From NCBI GenBank assembly GCA_003990765.1, contig RBNJ01000346.1, positions 1 to 32,453 on the forward strand: a stretch of 32,453 bases of DNA. The letters run 5' to 3'. The translations under genes and the position numbers were made by a program. The notes beneath the pieces were generated by a model that saw only the letters and a program-made list of their open reading frames with translations, did not search any database and was not told the origin of the DNA. The DNA comes from Jimgerdemannia flammicorona. Its lineage: Eukaryota. Each line of letters opens with the position of its first letter. Positions within the stretch are counted from its first letter, which is position 1. Positions 1 to 10,755 of the stretch are shown one piece after another.

Positions 1-2
1 TC

Positions 3-1409
3 CTGAACAATGATGATGCTGACAAGCATACCCGGTACAATCAATACCAACTCAAGGACAATGCGATCTACTACAAGGACAGATTGTATGTTCCAAACAA
101 CCGAGACCTCTGAAGGACTATCCTATTTGAATGTCATGATGCCCCTACAGCTGGACATTTAGGATTTGATAAATGTTACGAAATTATCTCCCGAAACTTC
201 TATTGGCCCCGCATGGCAGATCAGCTCAAAACCTACATCACTTCCTGTGATGCCTGCCAAAGAAACAAGTCCTCAACACTAGCAAAACCCGGCTTACTCC
301 ACCCTATTCCAGTACCATCCGCAAATTGGGAACAAATCTCTATAGACTTCATTGTACAACTACCCCAAATCAAGAATGGAAAAGATGCAATTGTTGTCTT
401 TGTGGACTATCTCAGCAAACAAGCCCACTTTGTGCCTACTACCACTACTGCAACAGCACCGGATATAGCCACACTCTTATTTGACAACATCTTCCGCTAT
501 CATGGTCTTCCCAAAATCATTGTTAGTGACCGAGATCCGAAATTCACCAGCCACTTTTGGAAAGCCCTCTATGCGCACCTTGGAACAAAACTTGCACTAT
601 CCACAGCCTTTCACCCTGAAACCGATGGCCAAACCGAAAGAATGAACCGAACTCTGGAACAAATGCTAAGGAACTATATCTCCTACAGACAAGATGATTG
701 GCATGAATACCTCACCGCAGTCGAGTTTGCCTATAACAACAGCAAGCAAGCCTCTCTTGGAATGACCCCATTTTTCGCTAATACTGGACAAAACCCAAAC
801 ACCTCTTTGACACTTATCTGAACTACTGAAGAACCCTCCACAGTCGAAGCCATTGAAGAATTCCTACTCTGAATGTGCAATCTAAGCCAGATCGCAATTG
901 AGAATTTATCACGAGCTTAAGAACAACAGTCACAGTATGTTAACCAACACCGCCGAGAAGAAACTTTTGATATTGGAGAAAAAGTTCTACTAGACATCAG
1001 AGGATACCGAGTCGACAACCTCAAGCACAGACCATCCACAAAGCTGAACAGCAAGTTCATTGGACCATTTGAAGTCATTGCACAAGTCTCTCCAACCTCC
1101 TACAAACTGGCACTACCAGACACTATTAAGATTCACCCAGTCTTTAATGTTCAACGTCTCAAGCGATACAATGACAATGATGATGAGCTATTTCCAAATC
1201 GAACCACCAAACCACCTGTACCTGTCATCATTAATGACCAAGAAGAATACGAAGTTGAACAAATCCTCAACAAACGTGGCAACAAGAATCATCCCGAGTA
1301 CCTTGTCAAATGGAAAGGTTACCTGATCCACGATGCAACCTGGGAACCCAAGACCAATCTTCAGAATGCTACCGACCTAGTTCAGAAATATGATTCCTTG
1401 AACAACTAG
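3..1409 (+). pseudogene. pol: pol C-terminus of element A: HHCC zinc finger, DDE integrase core, GPF module, chromodomain
   Basis: One frame (includes ORF 213..821): HDAPTAGHLG...CDACQ, ISIDFI, IVSDRDPKF, ERMNRTLEQML, KFIGPFEV, IHPVFNV, EYEVEQIL...YLVKWKGY...ATWEP. In-frame TGA/TAA stops (e.g. 111, 819) are consistent with CGA/CAA mutation. Confidence 0.93.
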
Positions 1410-1820
1410 AACCAAATACTCTGCACCGATCTGTACATACTATATATTATCCTCCCGAATATTATAACTATCACAAACCAAATCAAGAACTCAGCAAAAC
1501 AAGACAAGAATACTGACCCTCTGGAAAAATAGCAAAACTGAAAGCAAGCCTATTCTCCCTGTACCACTGGTGGGAAACAAGGTGTAGACATTTAAGAAGA
1601 TTCCTTAGAGGAAATTCTCCAGCAGTGAATGACGTCAGAATCACTTCTGGTGCATGGCATTGAACACATGACCCTTTAACGTATGAATCCAATGCGTTAG
1701 GCAACTGTACTACGAGCATGCCACTTTCTGAAGAAATGGACCTTACCAGACTTTTGACCTCCCAAATAGTGTAACAACACTAGAACAAATTAGAAGGCCC
1801 CGACGAGGACGTCGAAAGCT

Positions 1821-1833
1821 AAGAAGGGGAGAG
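1821..1833 (+). other. Polypurine tract of element A
   Basis: AAGAAGGGGAGAG, 1 nt before the TG LTR start; nearly identical to the element D PPT. Confidence 0.85.
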
Positions 1834-2123
1834 TTGTAAGCGCACAACCTCCAAGCCACCGAAATTACATGTCACCCTCTGAACAAAGCCACTGAAATCA
1901 CACATGACCTCTGAACAAATCTGGAAATCACCTGCTTGACCACAAAGCTGAGTCAAACCGAAGTCACAGCATATAAAGCTAAGTCAATATGAAGTTATGG
2001 AACACAAGATCTACACAAACGGAACCTTACCAATCAGGACCAAATGCATATATACTGAGCACCGAGACATGTTGAATCAGAGAACCAAAACAAACAACAA
2101 CCACAACTTCCAAATATACAAAC

Positions 2124-3221
2124 ATGACCACTGAGATTTACAACCACATCCATGCTAACATTTGGAATGCCATTGTCAACCAAGCTACACCCCCTCTGCC
2201 TCTCATGAATATCCATAGCCTGGCACCCCTCTACTTCATGGAAGCCCAATGGAATGCCCTGAACATGCTTAGTGAGGCCCACCAAATCGGACAAATCTCA
2301 AGCTACTACCAGATTGGCCGCCTCCTGGAAGACATGGTCGAACACCACCATGATACAGACATTACCCAGATGTCTCAACACCAGAAGCTCATTGCCCGCA
2401 AACATTGAGAACTCTTCTATGAGTACAACACCTTTATTCCCCGCCTCCGAGTTACTATTAGCGAAATGGTTGCTACCCTGTCCTATGGCCAAATCGATGA
2501 CATGATACAAGAAATCAACCACAAGTACCTCGAATACGTCCAGACCACAGACAGAACCTTCCTGCACCCTGATGACCACATCCTGCAAATGCCTCAAGTC
2601 GAATATGCCATGAAGGACATCTACGATATAATCCACTTCGACGAAGATGAAGCAGAAGACAATGATCCCTCTGACGCCAACATGACCTCTAGCCAAGAAT
2701 CTCTGCCAACCCTGATCACTCCACCAACCTTGCCGATGAACTTACAATAGTTCATAACTGCATATGAGACTTATTGGAACAATGACCACTGACACGAATA
2801 TCAACCCGTGTTCACCCCCAATTACTTCAATTATAATGAAGAGACTGGAGAATACAACCTGTACCTTCAGACAACCCTCGAGATTGAACCAACCACTCCA
2901 CCACCCGAGTACGAGCAACATGAACCACAGCCGCCAGCATACTATAACCCTGCAACTCATAGTGCTGTAACCTATAAAAGGTACGCAGATAGCGAATCCG
3001 ATAAAAGCGAAGACAGTACACCCATCCTTCGCCCACCAATACCTTATCCAGCATACGAAACAGACAATGCTATCCTGTGGGACGGAGATGAAGTCCCAAT
3101 GTATTACTACCTTAGCCAACAAGGAGAAGTAATCTGCGAACCATTATTCCTAGACGACTACTTCATCAGAGATGATGCAATCGATGGTGATATTATCGAA
3201 GACTACCCAGATAGTGCCTAA
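2124..3221 (+). pseudogene. LTR-embedded ORF of element A (~365 aa, unknown function, acidic/Pro/Tyr-rich C-terminal half)
   Basis: Track ORFs 2124..2408, 2466..2750 and 2808..3221 share one frame and join across three stops (TGA, TAG, TGA), each one C>T step from a sense codon. Confidence 0.75.
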
Positions 3222-3410
3222 ACCTATAATTAGTCTAGCAGTCATAGTATAGATAGATTAGCCTTGTACGACGTGACTGTGAACTGACTCAGCAGTCAGA
3301 TGATCTCTTGACATGTCAGATCACACTTGTACTATGTGACTGCATTCCGACTCAGCAAGGTACTTAGTGCTACATCCATATCTAGTATAGTCCAGATAGC
3401 CCCTCACTAG

Positions 3411-3418
3411 TATAAATA
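3411..3418 (+). promoter_or_regulatory. TATA box of LTR A
   Basis: TATAAATA downstream of repeated GACTCAGCA motifs (3285-3294, 3348-3357) and upstream of AATAAA near 3555. Confidence 0.55.
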
Positions 3419-3917
3419 CCCCCTCCCCCAGACCTCAGAATCTCAGACTCAAACAGACTTGAAGACTTGAACAATCCGAACACAACTCCTGAGCACTTCC
3501 CCACAATACCCCTTCACACAACTACTCCTAGTATAGCAATATCATGAATAGCAAATAAACCTATTCCATAACCCACAAACCACTCTTAAGTAAATCCACT
3601 CTCTGTTAGGTCCTACTCCTAACCCCATCACGAAATCTCCTAATTGGGTATTGTCTGCAGCAATACGCCAATTCAACTAAGCTGGTCTTAGTTTCTTGAA
3701 CTTCCTGAAATATGGAAAATCCTGAACATCCAGAACTAGTCCGAAAAAGGACTTTGGTTGAGACGTCAACCCGATCTTGAAATCAATAAGTGTAGAGGAC
3801 ATACTCCATACGAAATTGATCTTGACCATAAGAAAACGGTCTTCCAGAACATCCAGAATATCCAGAAAACCCTTCCAGAACTATGTAACGGTCACCCTAA
3901 AAAGTAACTCTCTTACA

Positions 3918-4188
3918 GCAAGATTGTAGTTTTCTTTTTATTATGGCAAATATTCTAAGATCTTTCTTTAGCATTAGTGAGGTTTCTTTCTAGTTCTCAA
4001 GTAGAGTCATATAAAGAGTAGTCTTTCCATTTTACTAAGTATTCTAAAGAGGTTTCTTGACCCCTTTTTATAACTCAGTAGTCTAAAATTTATTACATAA
4101 TATATTCTAGTTGTCCTTCAATTATTACTAGTGATGGCAGAAGTATTTTCCAATTAGGAATTTGATTTGGAGTATATTACTTAAGTAG
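3918..4188 (-). pseudogene. pol: Element C fragment 1: integrase C-terminus and chromodomain
   Basis: Minus strand reads ...VIIEGQLEY..KILDY*VIKRG..LEYLVKWKDYSLYDST*ELERNL. It joins in frame across element B to give IHNIFHISLLK (IHPVFHVSLLK-like). Confidence 0.85.
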
Positions 4189-4555
4189 TGTCACATAGTA
4201 GTCACTGAGTTCTTTAAATATATCAGATTCTATTCAAGGTATATCTCTTAGACTAACTCAAGTTTGTTATAAGCAAGTTCTTATTGGAGTATCTTCCTAA
4301 AGTCTTATAGTCCTTAATTTTCTTATCTTTAAACTGTCTTATTATCTCTTAGATTGCTTGTAAGAAAGTGTATATATTGTACTAAGAGAAACTAACTTTA
4401 TTTTAAAGGAAATAAGAGAAGTATTTATACAAAATATAATTCAATGATTGCTAAGATATAAAGCTAAATATAAATTCCAATAACTAAAATAAAATGTCAG
4501 GACAAGAAAAACTACTAAGTTTTAGGATCAGTACTGATAGTTATACAGGTTCAGG

Positions 4556-4680
4556 ATACTGGTATAATTCAGTATTATATTAGAATGCTGGTGCTGGCAT
4601 AACTCAGTATTACATCAGAATGCTAATACTGGCATAACTCAGTATTATATCAGAATATCAGTGCTGATATAACTCAGTAT
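4556..4680. repeat. 35-bp tandem repeat (~3.5 units) in the B 3' LTR
   Basis: Unit approximately GCTGGCATAACTCAGTATTACATCAGAATGCTGGT; also present in the 5' LTR (~18383-18506). Confidence 0.85.
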
Positions 4681-4692
4681 AATCAAAGAACT

Positions 4693-5544
4693 TTAGAGTA
4701 GAATATTCAAGACCATAGGGGCTTCATCCTCATCAGAGGTCAGGATATCTTTGAAGGAGATGAGGTCCATGAATTCATTATCATCATTATATAGGTTATA
4801 CATTTTGTATACTTCATATGCTTTGTATATATTGCACAGGATGACATTATTGCTAATGATGTCATCACATTTGGTAGTGGTAGTGGCAAGAACAAGGAGA
4901 TCTGGAGCTCTCCAATCTATGAGGTTCTCTTCCACAAAATAAGGAACAAATGTGGGGTCTTGGAGAGATCTAATCTGGATACTTGGGCCTTGAAATACTG
5001 AGATCAATCCTTGCAGGAATTGATCTGAGTTGTCCTGGAGAATGGGATATCAGAAGTCTTCTACTTAATCACTATTGAGAGTGATAGTAGACTGGGCTTC
5101 TGTAGCCACCCTAGCTTCTAGTGTATTGATATGGCAGGATGATAGGTCTCTGAAATCTGAGACTTTAACATACTCCAAGTTGGGGATCAACCATGATGCA
5201 TGCCTAAAGATCTGATGGATCTTCTTAGCTGTCCTTATTTTACATATATCTATGGAAGTGGTATCTTATAGCTTTTGAGTGCTGGTCTGTGAGAACTCTC
5301 AGTAGAGGAGGTTTCCTATTTCATACTTCTACCACATTTGGAGGTATTTGGTAGCAATGGTGATCCTTGTTTCCATTTCACAGCAGTAGAAGATATAATG
5401 ATAAGGGTCACTAGTACCCAGGTTGATACTAGGAGTCCTTCTTGAGTGGGTCCTCATGGCTCTTCTGATGTCTTAAAACATCCTTTCTTCAACTGAGGTG
5501 CCTTGGTGGTTCCTTAACTTTGAGGTTTAGTGAGTAGTATGCAT
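4693..5544 (-). pseudogene. LTR-embedded ORF of element B, 3' LTR copy (283 codons)
   Basis: ATG 5544 to TAA 4693, 852 bp, no net frameshift; includes track ORF 4693..5007; same length as the 5' LTR copy. Confidence 0.75.
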
Positions 5545-5820
5545 TTCATTTGTAGTAAGTCTTTGAGCTATTTTGGGATTGGTGGGTCTTGTTGGTTACT
5601 GCTACTGTGGTTCCTTGATCCTTCTTTTATATTTCTTAAGATATCTAAACTGTAGTCACAATGACTTACAGTTGGTCATCATTGCTCATCTCATATACTA
5701 TATGATCTTCTTGTGCTTCAATCTGGTGACTTATAAGGAAAGGCTGTCTTCTGTACTGATGTCATCATTCTGGGGTCACTGTTACATCTTTCTCCTAAAT
5801 AAAGATCTTCTTGAGCATCC

Positions 5821-6138
5821 TTATTCATTGGTCCAGTCTTGAAAAATTTGCTAATCCCATAATCTCTGGCAAAAGGTCAAAAAGTAGTATTTATGGGCTG
5901 GTATATTCTTTATATATTTTGGCATGATAGTAAAGGATCACTCCCTTCATATAGAGTAAGGGCCTAATTCTGATCTTGACCAATCAGTTGATAGTTCAAA
6001 CTCCTCTAGCTTTGAAAGTCTCACAGATGAGTAGTTACTGGTACCATATCTCTTAGAGAATGATCCAGACAGATAGCCTGCTGGTTATGGAACATGCTGT
6101 TATGATTCACAGACTAGAACCTCATGGATAGTCATCAT
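5821..6138 (-). pseudogene. Small ORF between pol and PPT of element B (105 codons)
   Basis: ATG 3 nt after the pol stop: MMTIHEVL...LSGSFSKRYGTSN...FELSTDWSRSELGPYSI. Five internal stops, all C>T-explicable. Similar segment in element D. Confidence 0.5.
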
Positions 6139-6141
6139 GTT

Positions 6142-7413
6142 TTACTTCTCTTGTATAGGTTTATAGTACTTCTTGAGTCTGTTTCTATACACTATAGTAG
6201 GCAGTATGATCCCTGAGATTTTCCTAAGCCAGAAGGTAGTACTCTTGATATCTTGCACATAGAAAGGTCCTTTCCATTTGGGCTCCAGTTTTTGCAACCA
6301 TAAGGCTTCTACTATATTTCGATATAGTAGGACCTTTTCTCTAATTTGGATGAGTTCTAGGGTCTTGTGATTCTTTTCTACATTCTTTCTTATCAGTGCT
6401 TGTGACTTGATAATGTAATCTTCTGCCTTCTTCCTGATTTGGTGTAGTTTCTGGATTTCTGCATCAACCTATCTCCAAGTTAGGTCTAGATTTGTAGCTG
6501 AGATTCCATCAGAATCTTCTTCTTCAAAGAGTAGTTCCCTTGGGGTAAAGTATGTGCTCTGTGACTATATATCTCATAGGACAGAGAGGACAGTTGGAAG
6601 ATAATTATCCCAATTCTCATATGTCTCTGAGATTTTCACCAGGATGTTCTTGAGGGTCTTATTGGTTCTCTCTGTCTGTCCATTTCCTTGAAAGTGGTAT
6701 ATGGTAGTCTTGATGTACTGGATCTTGTATTTCTGATATATTATCTCATAAAATCTATTGACAAATTCTGTGCCATAGTCTGTTGTGATTTGCTTCAGTG
6801 TCTTATAGTAGCAGATAATTTCTCAGTATAGAAAGTCAGCTATAGAGAGGGCATTGGCTTCTTGTAATACTTCTGCTTCTATCTATTTGGTAAAGAGGTC
6901 TACAATAACTATAATATAGTAGTTTCCTAATAGTGTTACTGGTAGTAGCCCAATGATATCCATTGTGATGTGGTAAAAGGGGATAGGCTCAATTCTTGAT
7001 GATCTGGATGCCTGGTCTTACTGATCTTATTTCTGTTTTTGGCACTTGTCATACTCTTTGACAAATTGGTACAGGTCTTCTTCCATCTTGAACCACCATA
7101 TAGTTCTTCTTACCTTGTTGTATATGTTGGTTCCTTCTAAGTATCCTTGCTTGTATACTTCCTTCATTACTTGATACTTCTTATATTTGGATATTACTAG
7201 CTTTTCTTCTTTTCTGAGTATAGTGTTGTCTAGTTCAAACTGTTTCCAAGTCTGGTTGATGATGGTGATTGTCCAGGGTTCAAGATGGTTGGGTATCTTC
7301 TACTACCTAAGATAGCTGATTAATCTATAGTATAGCTCCTTATTTATATTGAATAGTCTTGATGGGGGTGTTTCAGGGTATCCTTAAGAGTATATCAGCA
7401 TTGGTGTTAGTTC
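6142..7413 (-). pseudogene. pol: Element B RNase H tail and integrase
   Basis: Minus strand NTNADIL.R, decayed HHCC (V.EYDKCQ), MDIIGLL, ITTDYGTEF, ERTNKTLK, KLEPKWKGPF, ending RLKKYYKPIQEK*. No chromodomain. Confidence 0.88.
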
Positions 7414-7439
7414 TTTCTGAGTAGTGCTCCAAATAAATG

Positions 7440-7565
7440 GAGTTGATCCAGATGAGATTTGATTCAGGTTTATCATGTGATGGATTCGAATCAACTTGGA
7501 TTGGTCTTGTGATCTGATCCAGATTGATCTGGATTGATCCATCCAGATTGATCTATCTGAATTGA
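7440..7565. repeat. hAT left subterminal GATC/GGATT-rich repeats
   Basis: Short motif reiteration; TTTATCATRTGATGG occurs near both element ends in inverted orientation. Confidence 0.65.
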
Positions 7566-7828
7566 AATCTTTAGTGACATCACCCTTTCTTTTGTTCATT
7601 TCACTCTTGTTTTTTTTTTTCCTACCACACTTTGGTAACATCACCTTTTCCTTTGTTCCCTCTCTTTTCTTTGTTCTTTTTCTTTATTCTTTTCTGCCAC
7701 ATTATGAGCAAACAAAACAGCAGCCCTTAATTCATATGTTGGTCCAGTCTACTCATTTTTCACCCTACAATAATCATCAAAAGAGGGAGTATTCAAGATA
7801 GAAATGTACTCTCTGCTGATAATGTTAG

Positions 7829-9839
7829 ATTCTTTCTCATATGGACAGCACACAAGCTACTCATTGAGAGTCAAAGGGGTGATGGTGGTGGCGATGGTGA
7901 TGGCAATGACAATGGTAATGGCAGGGATGAGGGTGAATTCTGGCAATAACTCATGGCAGCCCTTTGGACCTCAGAATTCACAGACCTCACAGCTATGTAC
8001 ATGGTAGCTTTTTTGGAGCAGCCAGTAGTAGATGTAGGTTGCTCTTTTCTGCCACTACTTTTTACTTGTTTAAATTCCCCCAGTACAACCTGATTCACCT
8101 TATGCTCTTCTTAGGGTTCACAGCTCTATGGCAAGATCTGCTGACTTTATTCGCAACATCTGGTCAAGATGAAGAAAGGCTGGAGGACATTGCAGGGCAT
8201 GCCTTTGGTAACTGAGCTGTTGAGTCAATACATCATATGGCAGAGGTCTCAAAAGGAACAGAAGCAAGCCTTTATGAGCAATCTTGTACAAATTGTGCAA
8301 CTTGTGTAACTTGTCAGCATACAGCTCACTCACTCACTCATACTCTTTTTCTGAAATACCCATCTCTATGTTTTATTTAATTTCATTTTTTACATGGTCT
8401 TCTCCTAAAAAACACCCACACCCACATACAACCTGTCTGCATGCAACTTATCCACATGCAGCCCATCTATATACTTATCTTCATCTCTCAGATCAGGGCT
8501 CAGTTTCATTAGAAAGGAGAGTTCAAAGTTACCTGAGTTCAACCATGTCCAGCATCTGATCAAATAGAGAAATTCGAGAGTAAGATGTTCAGTATGAGTA
8601 GTACCAGCATTGTCATCAAGACTTGGGGGTCTACATTTGAATCAGAGCCAATCATTCTTGACCAAGGGGTCCATTGGCCAGCAGAAGTAACCAACAATGA
8701 AGAGAACTATATCTTTATTAATAAATACAGAGAGGTGGTTGCGATGGTGATAAGGAATCTCTATGGTGATAAGCTTTGCTACCACATCAACAAGATTTGT
8801 AAGAATTGCATCAAATACTAGGTAGCAGAAAAGAGGGGGCAAAAAAAGCAAGGAGGGGGGGTTTGGACAGGAATTGGGTATACTTCAATATTGGTGAAGG
8901 GTGGGTTCTGGAGTTTTGAAATCCCCCACACTCATCTCCCTTTTTTTTTTTTCTCCTCCCCAGATAAATTACACTCTTCACTAATATACTCTTTTTGATA
9001 CAATTCTAAGGATGCACAAGATTCTGTACCCCTACTGGAACTTTAGAAGTACTATTAAAGAGTAAACTACACATGAGTATGACATGGTCTATACAGCAAT
9101 GGCAGCTATGATCTGGGGTTCTTTGAGCAGATTGGTAGAGCATATGGTAGGCCAGCTTAGTGATGATCTTGATATGACTGTATGTACATTCTTGGTGCAA
9201 TTTAGTATACCATATGAGGTGAGAAGCTGTTTTTTTAGAGTGCTACAGCCCAGGGGATTTCTGCAGCCTGGGGGGTTTCTGTCCCCTCACATACAAAAAG
9301 GACTGACTGGTTGCCATCTATTTTGGCAGGTTTCCAAGCCAGGACTCCTGGGGCTGAACCAAGGGCAGGCATCTACCAGCACAGCCTAGCAGTATGAGGT
9401 CCTGGGCCAAGGATTCACCCAACTGTATGCTCGTGTCACATTAGGATATGTTGGATGCAATATTTCTCTGCCCACACACATAGACAACAATATTACCCCA
9501 GTAATGTTTTATGTCCTGGAAAGGAAGGGCCCAATCTGAGAGGATAGCAGAGGAGTCTGGTATGACCTCACCTACAGTTTCGGGGTCCCATTTGCAGCCA
9601 ACATAGCCATCCTCTTCCAACCACATGACTACTATGGCACCATCACCTTCGAGGAGAGCTCAGATACAATAGTTGTTGCACTCACAACAGATGACAGGCT
9701 CATCAAGGCCTGGGACTGGTGGGTGGAGCAGTTTTTGTGAAAGATAGGCAATCTTTCACAAGGGATAGGCAGTCTTTCATAAGGGTTAGGCAGTTATTTT
9801 ATGTGGATTGGGTAGTCTTATGTAGGGGATTGAGCTGAG
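7829..9839 (+). pseudogene. Putative second spliced gene carried by the hAT (at least 5 exons, unknown product)
   Basis: Exons ~7829-8033, 8115-~8300, 8492-8821, 8964-9218, 9330-~9839, joined by GT..AG introns that can all be phase 0, with pyrimidine tracts. Includes track ORFs 8585..8821 and 9084..9389. Several C>T-type stops. Confidence 0.55.
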
Positions 9840-10090
9840 CACCTCTTCTGTAGCACTAGTTTAGCCATTATGTAGGGCCCTATTGGTCCCTTGGCCCTGC
9901 TCTGTAGTGCTATCAGTATGGCACTGTAGCATAGGACCAGGGTGTCTGTGGAACCTGAACTGATGATGGGGCCCAAATCTGTGGTAGACTTCAACTGCTG
10001 AAAGTACTCTCCAACCACCAGAAATATCCTCTGACTACCAGAAGCACTCTCCGACCACCAGAAGCACCCTCTGCTCTGGACTTCTTAGTA

Positions 10091-10755
10091 GCTTAGGGCT
10101 GCCCCTATGCTGCTGGCAGAGGGCTACAAATTTTGTACACTCCCTCTGCCTACCTCACCTGTTCTGGACACTTGCAGCTTGGGGCTGCCCCTTGCTGCCA
10201 GCAGAGGGCTGCAAATTTTGTACACTCCCTTGCCAACCCCATATCCACCAACCCCACCAACTGACCCCACCCACTGACCTGGGTGCTGATAGCTTGGGGC
10301 TGCCCCTCACTACTGGTGGAGGGCTGCAAATTTTGCTTGCTCCCTCTGCCTGCTCCACCTATCCCAGACACTTGTGGCTTAGGGTTGCCCCTTGCTACTG
10401 GCAGAGGGTTACAAATTTTGTGCACTCTCTCTGCTGACCCTGTGCCCACCAACCCCACTGACCGATCCCACCCACTGACCCAGGCACTGACAGCTTGGGA
10501 CTGCCCCTCACTGCTGGCAGAGGGCCACAAGTTTTGTACACTCCCTCTGCCAACCCCCCCTCTGCCAACTCTCCCGACTGAGACACTTGTGGCTTGGGGC
10601 TGCTCCTTGCTGCCAGTGGAGGACTGCAAATTTTGCACACTCTCTCTGCTAACTCCATGCCCACCCACCGACCTGCCCACCAACCCAGGCACTGATAGCT
10701 TGGGGCTGCCCCTTATTGCTGGTAGAGGGCTGCAAACATTACATACTCCCTCCAC
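10091..10755. repeat. GC-rich higher-order repeat: 7 copies of a ~58-bp core with two alternating spacer types
   Basis: Core GCTTGGGGCTGCCCCTTGCTGCTGGCAGAGGGCTGCAAATTTTGTACACTCCCTCTGCC at ~10091, 10177, 10292, 10377, 10493, 10592, 10698. Confidence 0.9.

Larger units (their letters stand above)
1..3917 (+). mobile_element. Element A: 3' half of a Ty3/Gypsy chromovirus-type LTR retrotransposon (integrase, chromodomain, PPT, 3' LTR), truncated by the window edge
   Basis: Integrase and chromodomain frame, then PPT AAGAAGGGGAGAG (1821-1833), then TGTAAG at 1835. Matching CTTACA at 3912-3917 is followed by an abrupt shift to AT-rich element-C sequence. Confidence 0.85.
1835..3917 (+). repeat. Putative 3' LTR of element A (~2.08 kb)
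   Basis: Follows the PPT; 6-bp terminal inverted repeat TGTAAG...CTTACA; TATAAATA at 3411-3418. The partner LTR is outside the window, so the 3' limit is inferred. Confidence 0.72.
4189..5786 (-). repeat. 3' LTR of element B (1598 bp)
   Basis: TGTAAC...TGACA on the minus strand; collinear with 18011..19612; preceded by purine tract TTTAGGAGAAAGA (5787-5799, minus). Confidence 0.93.

Noticed and set aside
2034..3122. Minus-strand hydrophobic ORFs over LTR A
   Set aside because: Antisense shadows of the plus-strand frame.
10091..10755. CRISPR-like repeat-spacer look
   Set aside because: Repeats are ~58 bp and degenerate, spacers are related to each other in alternation, no cas genes, eukaryotic transposon context.
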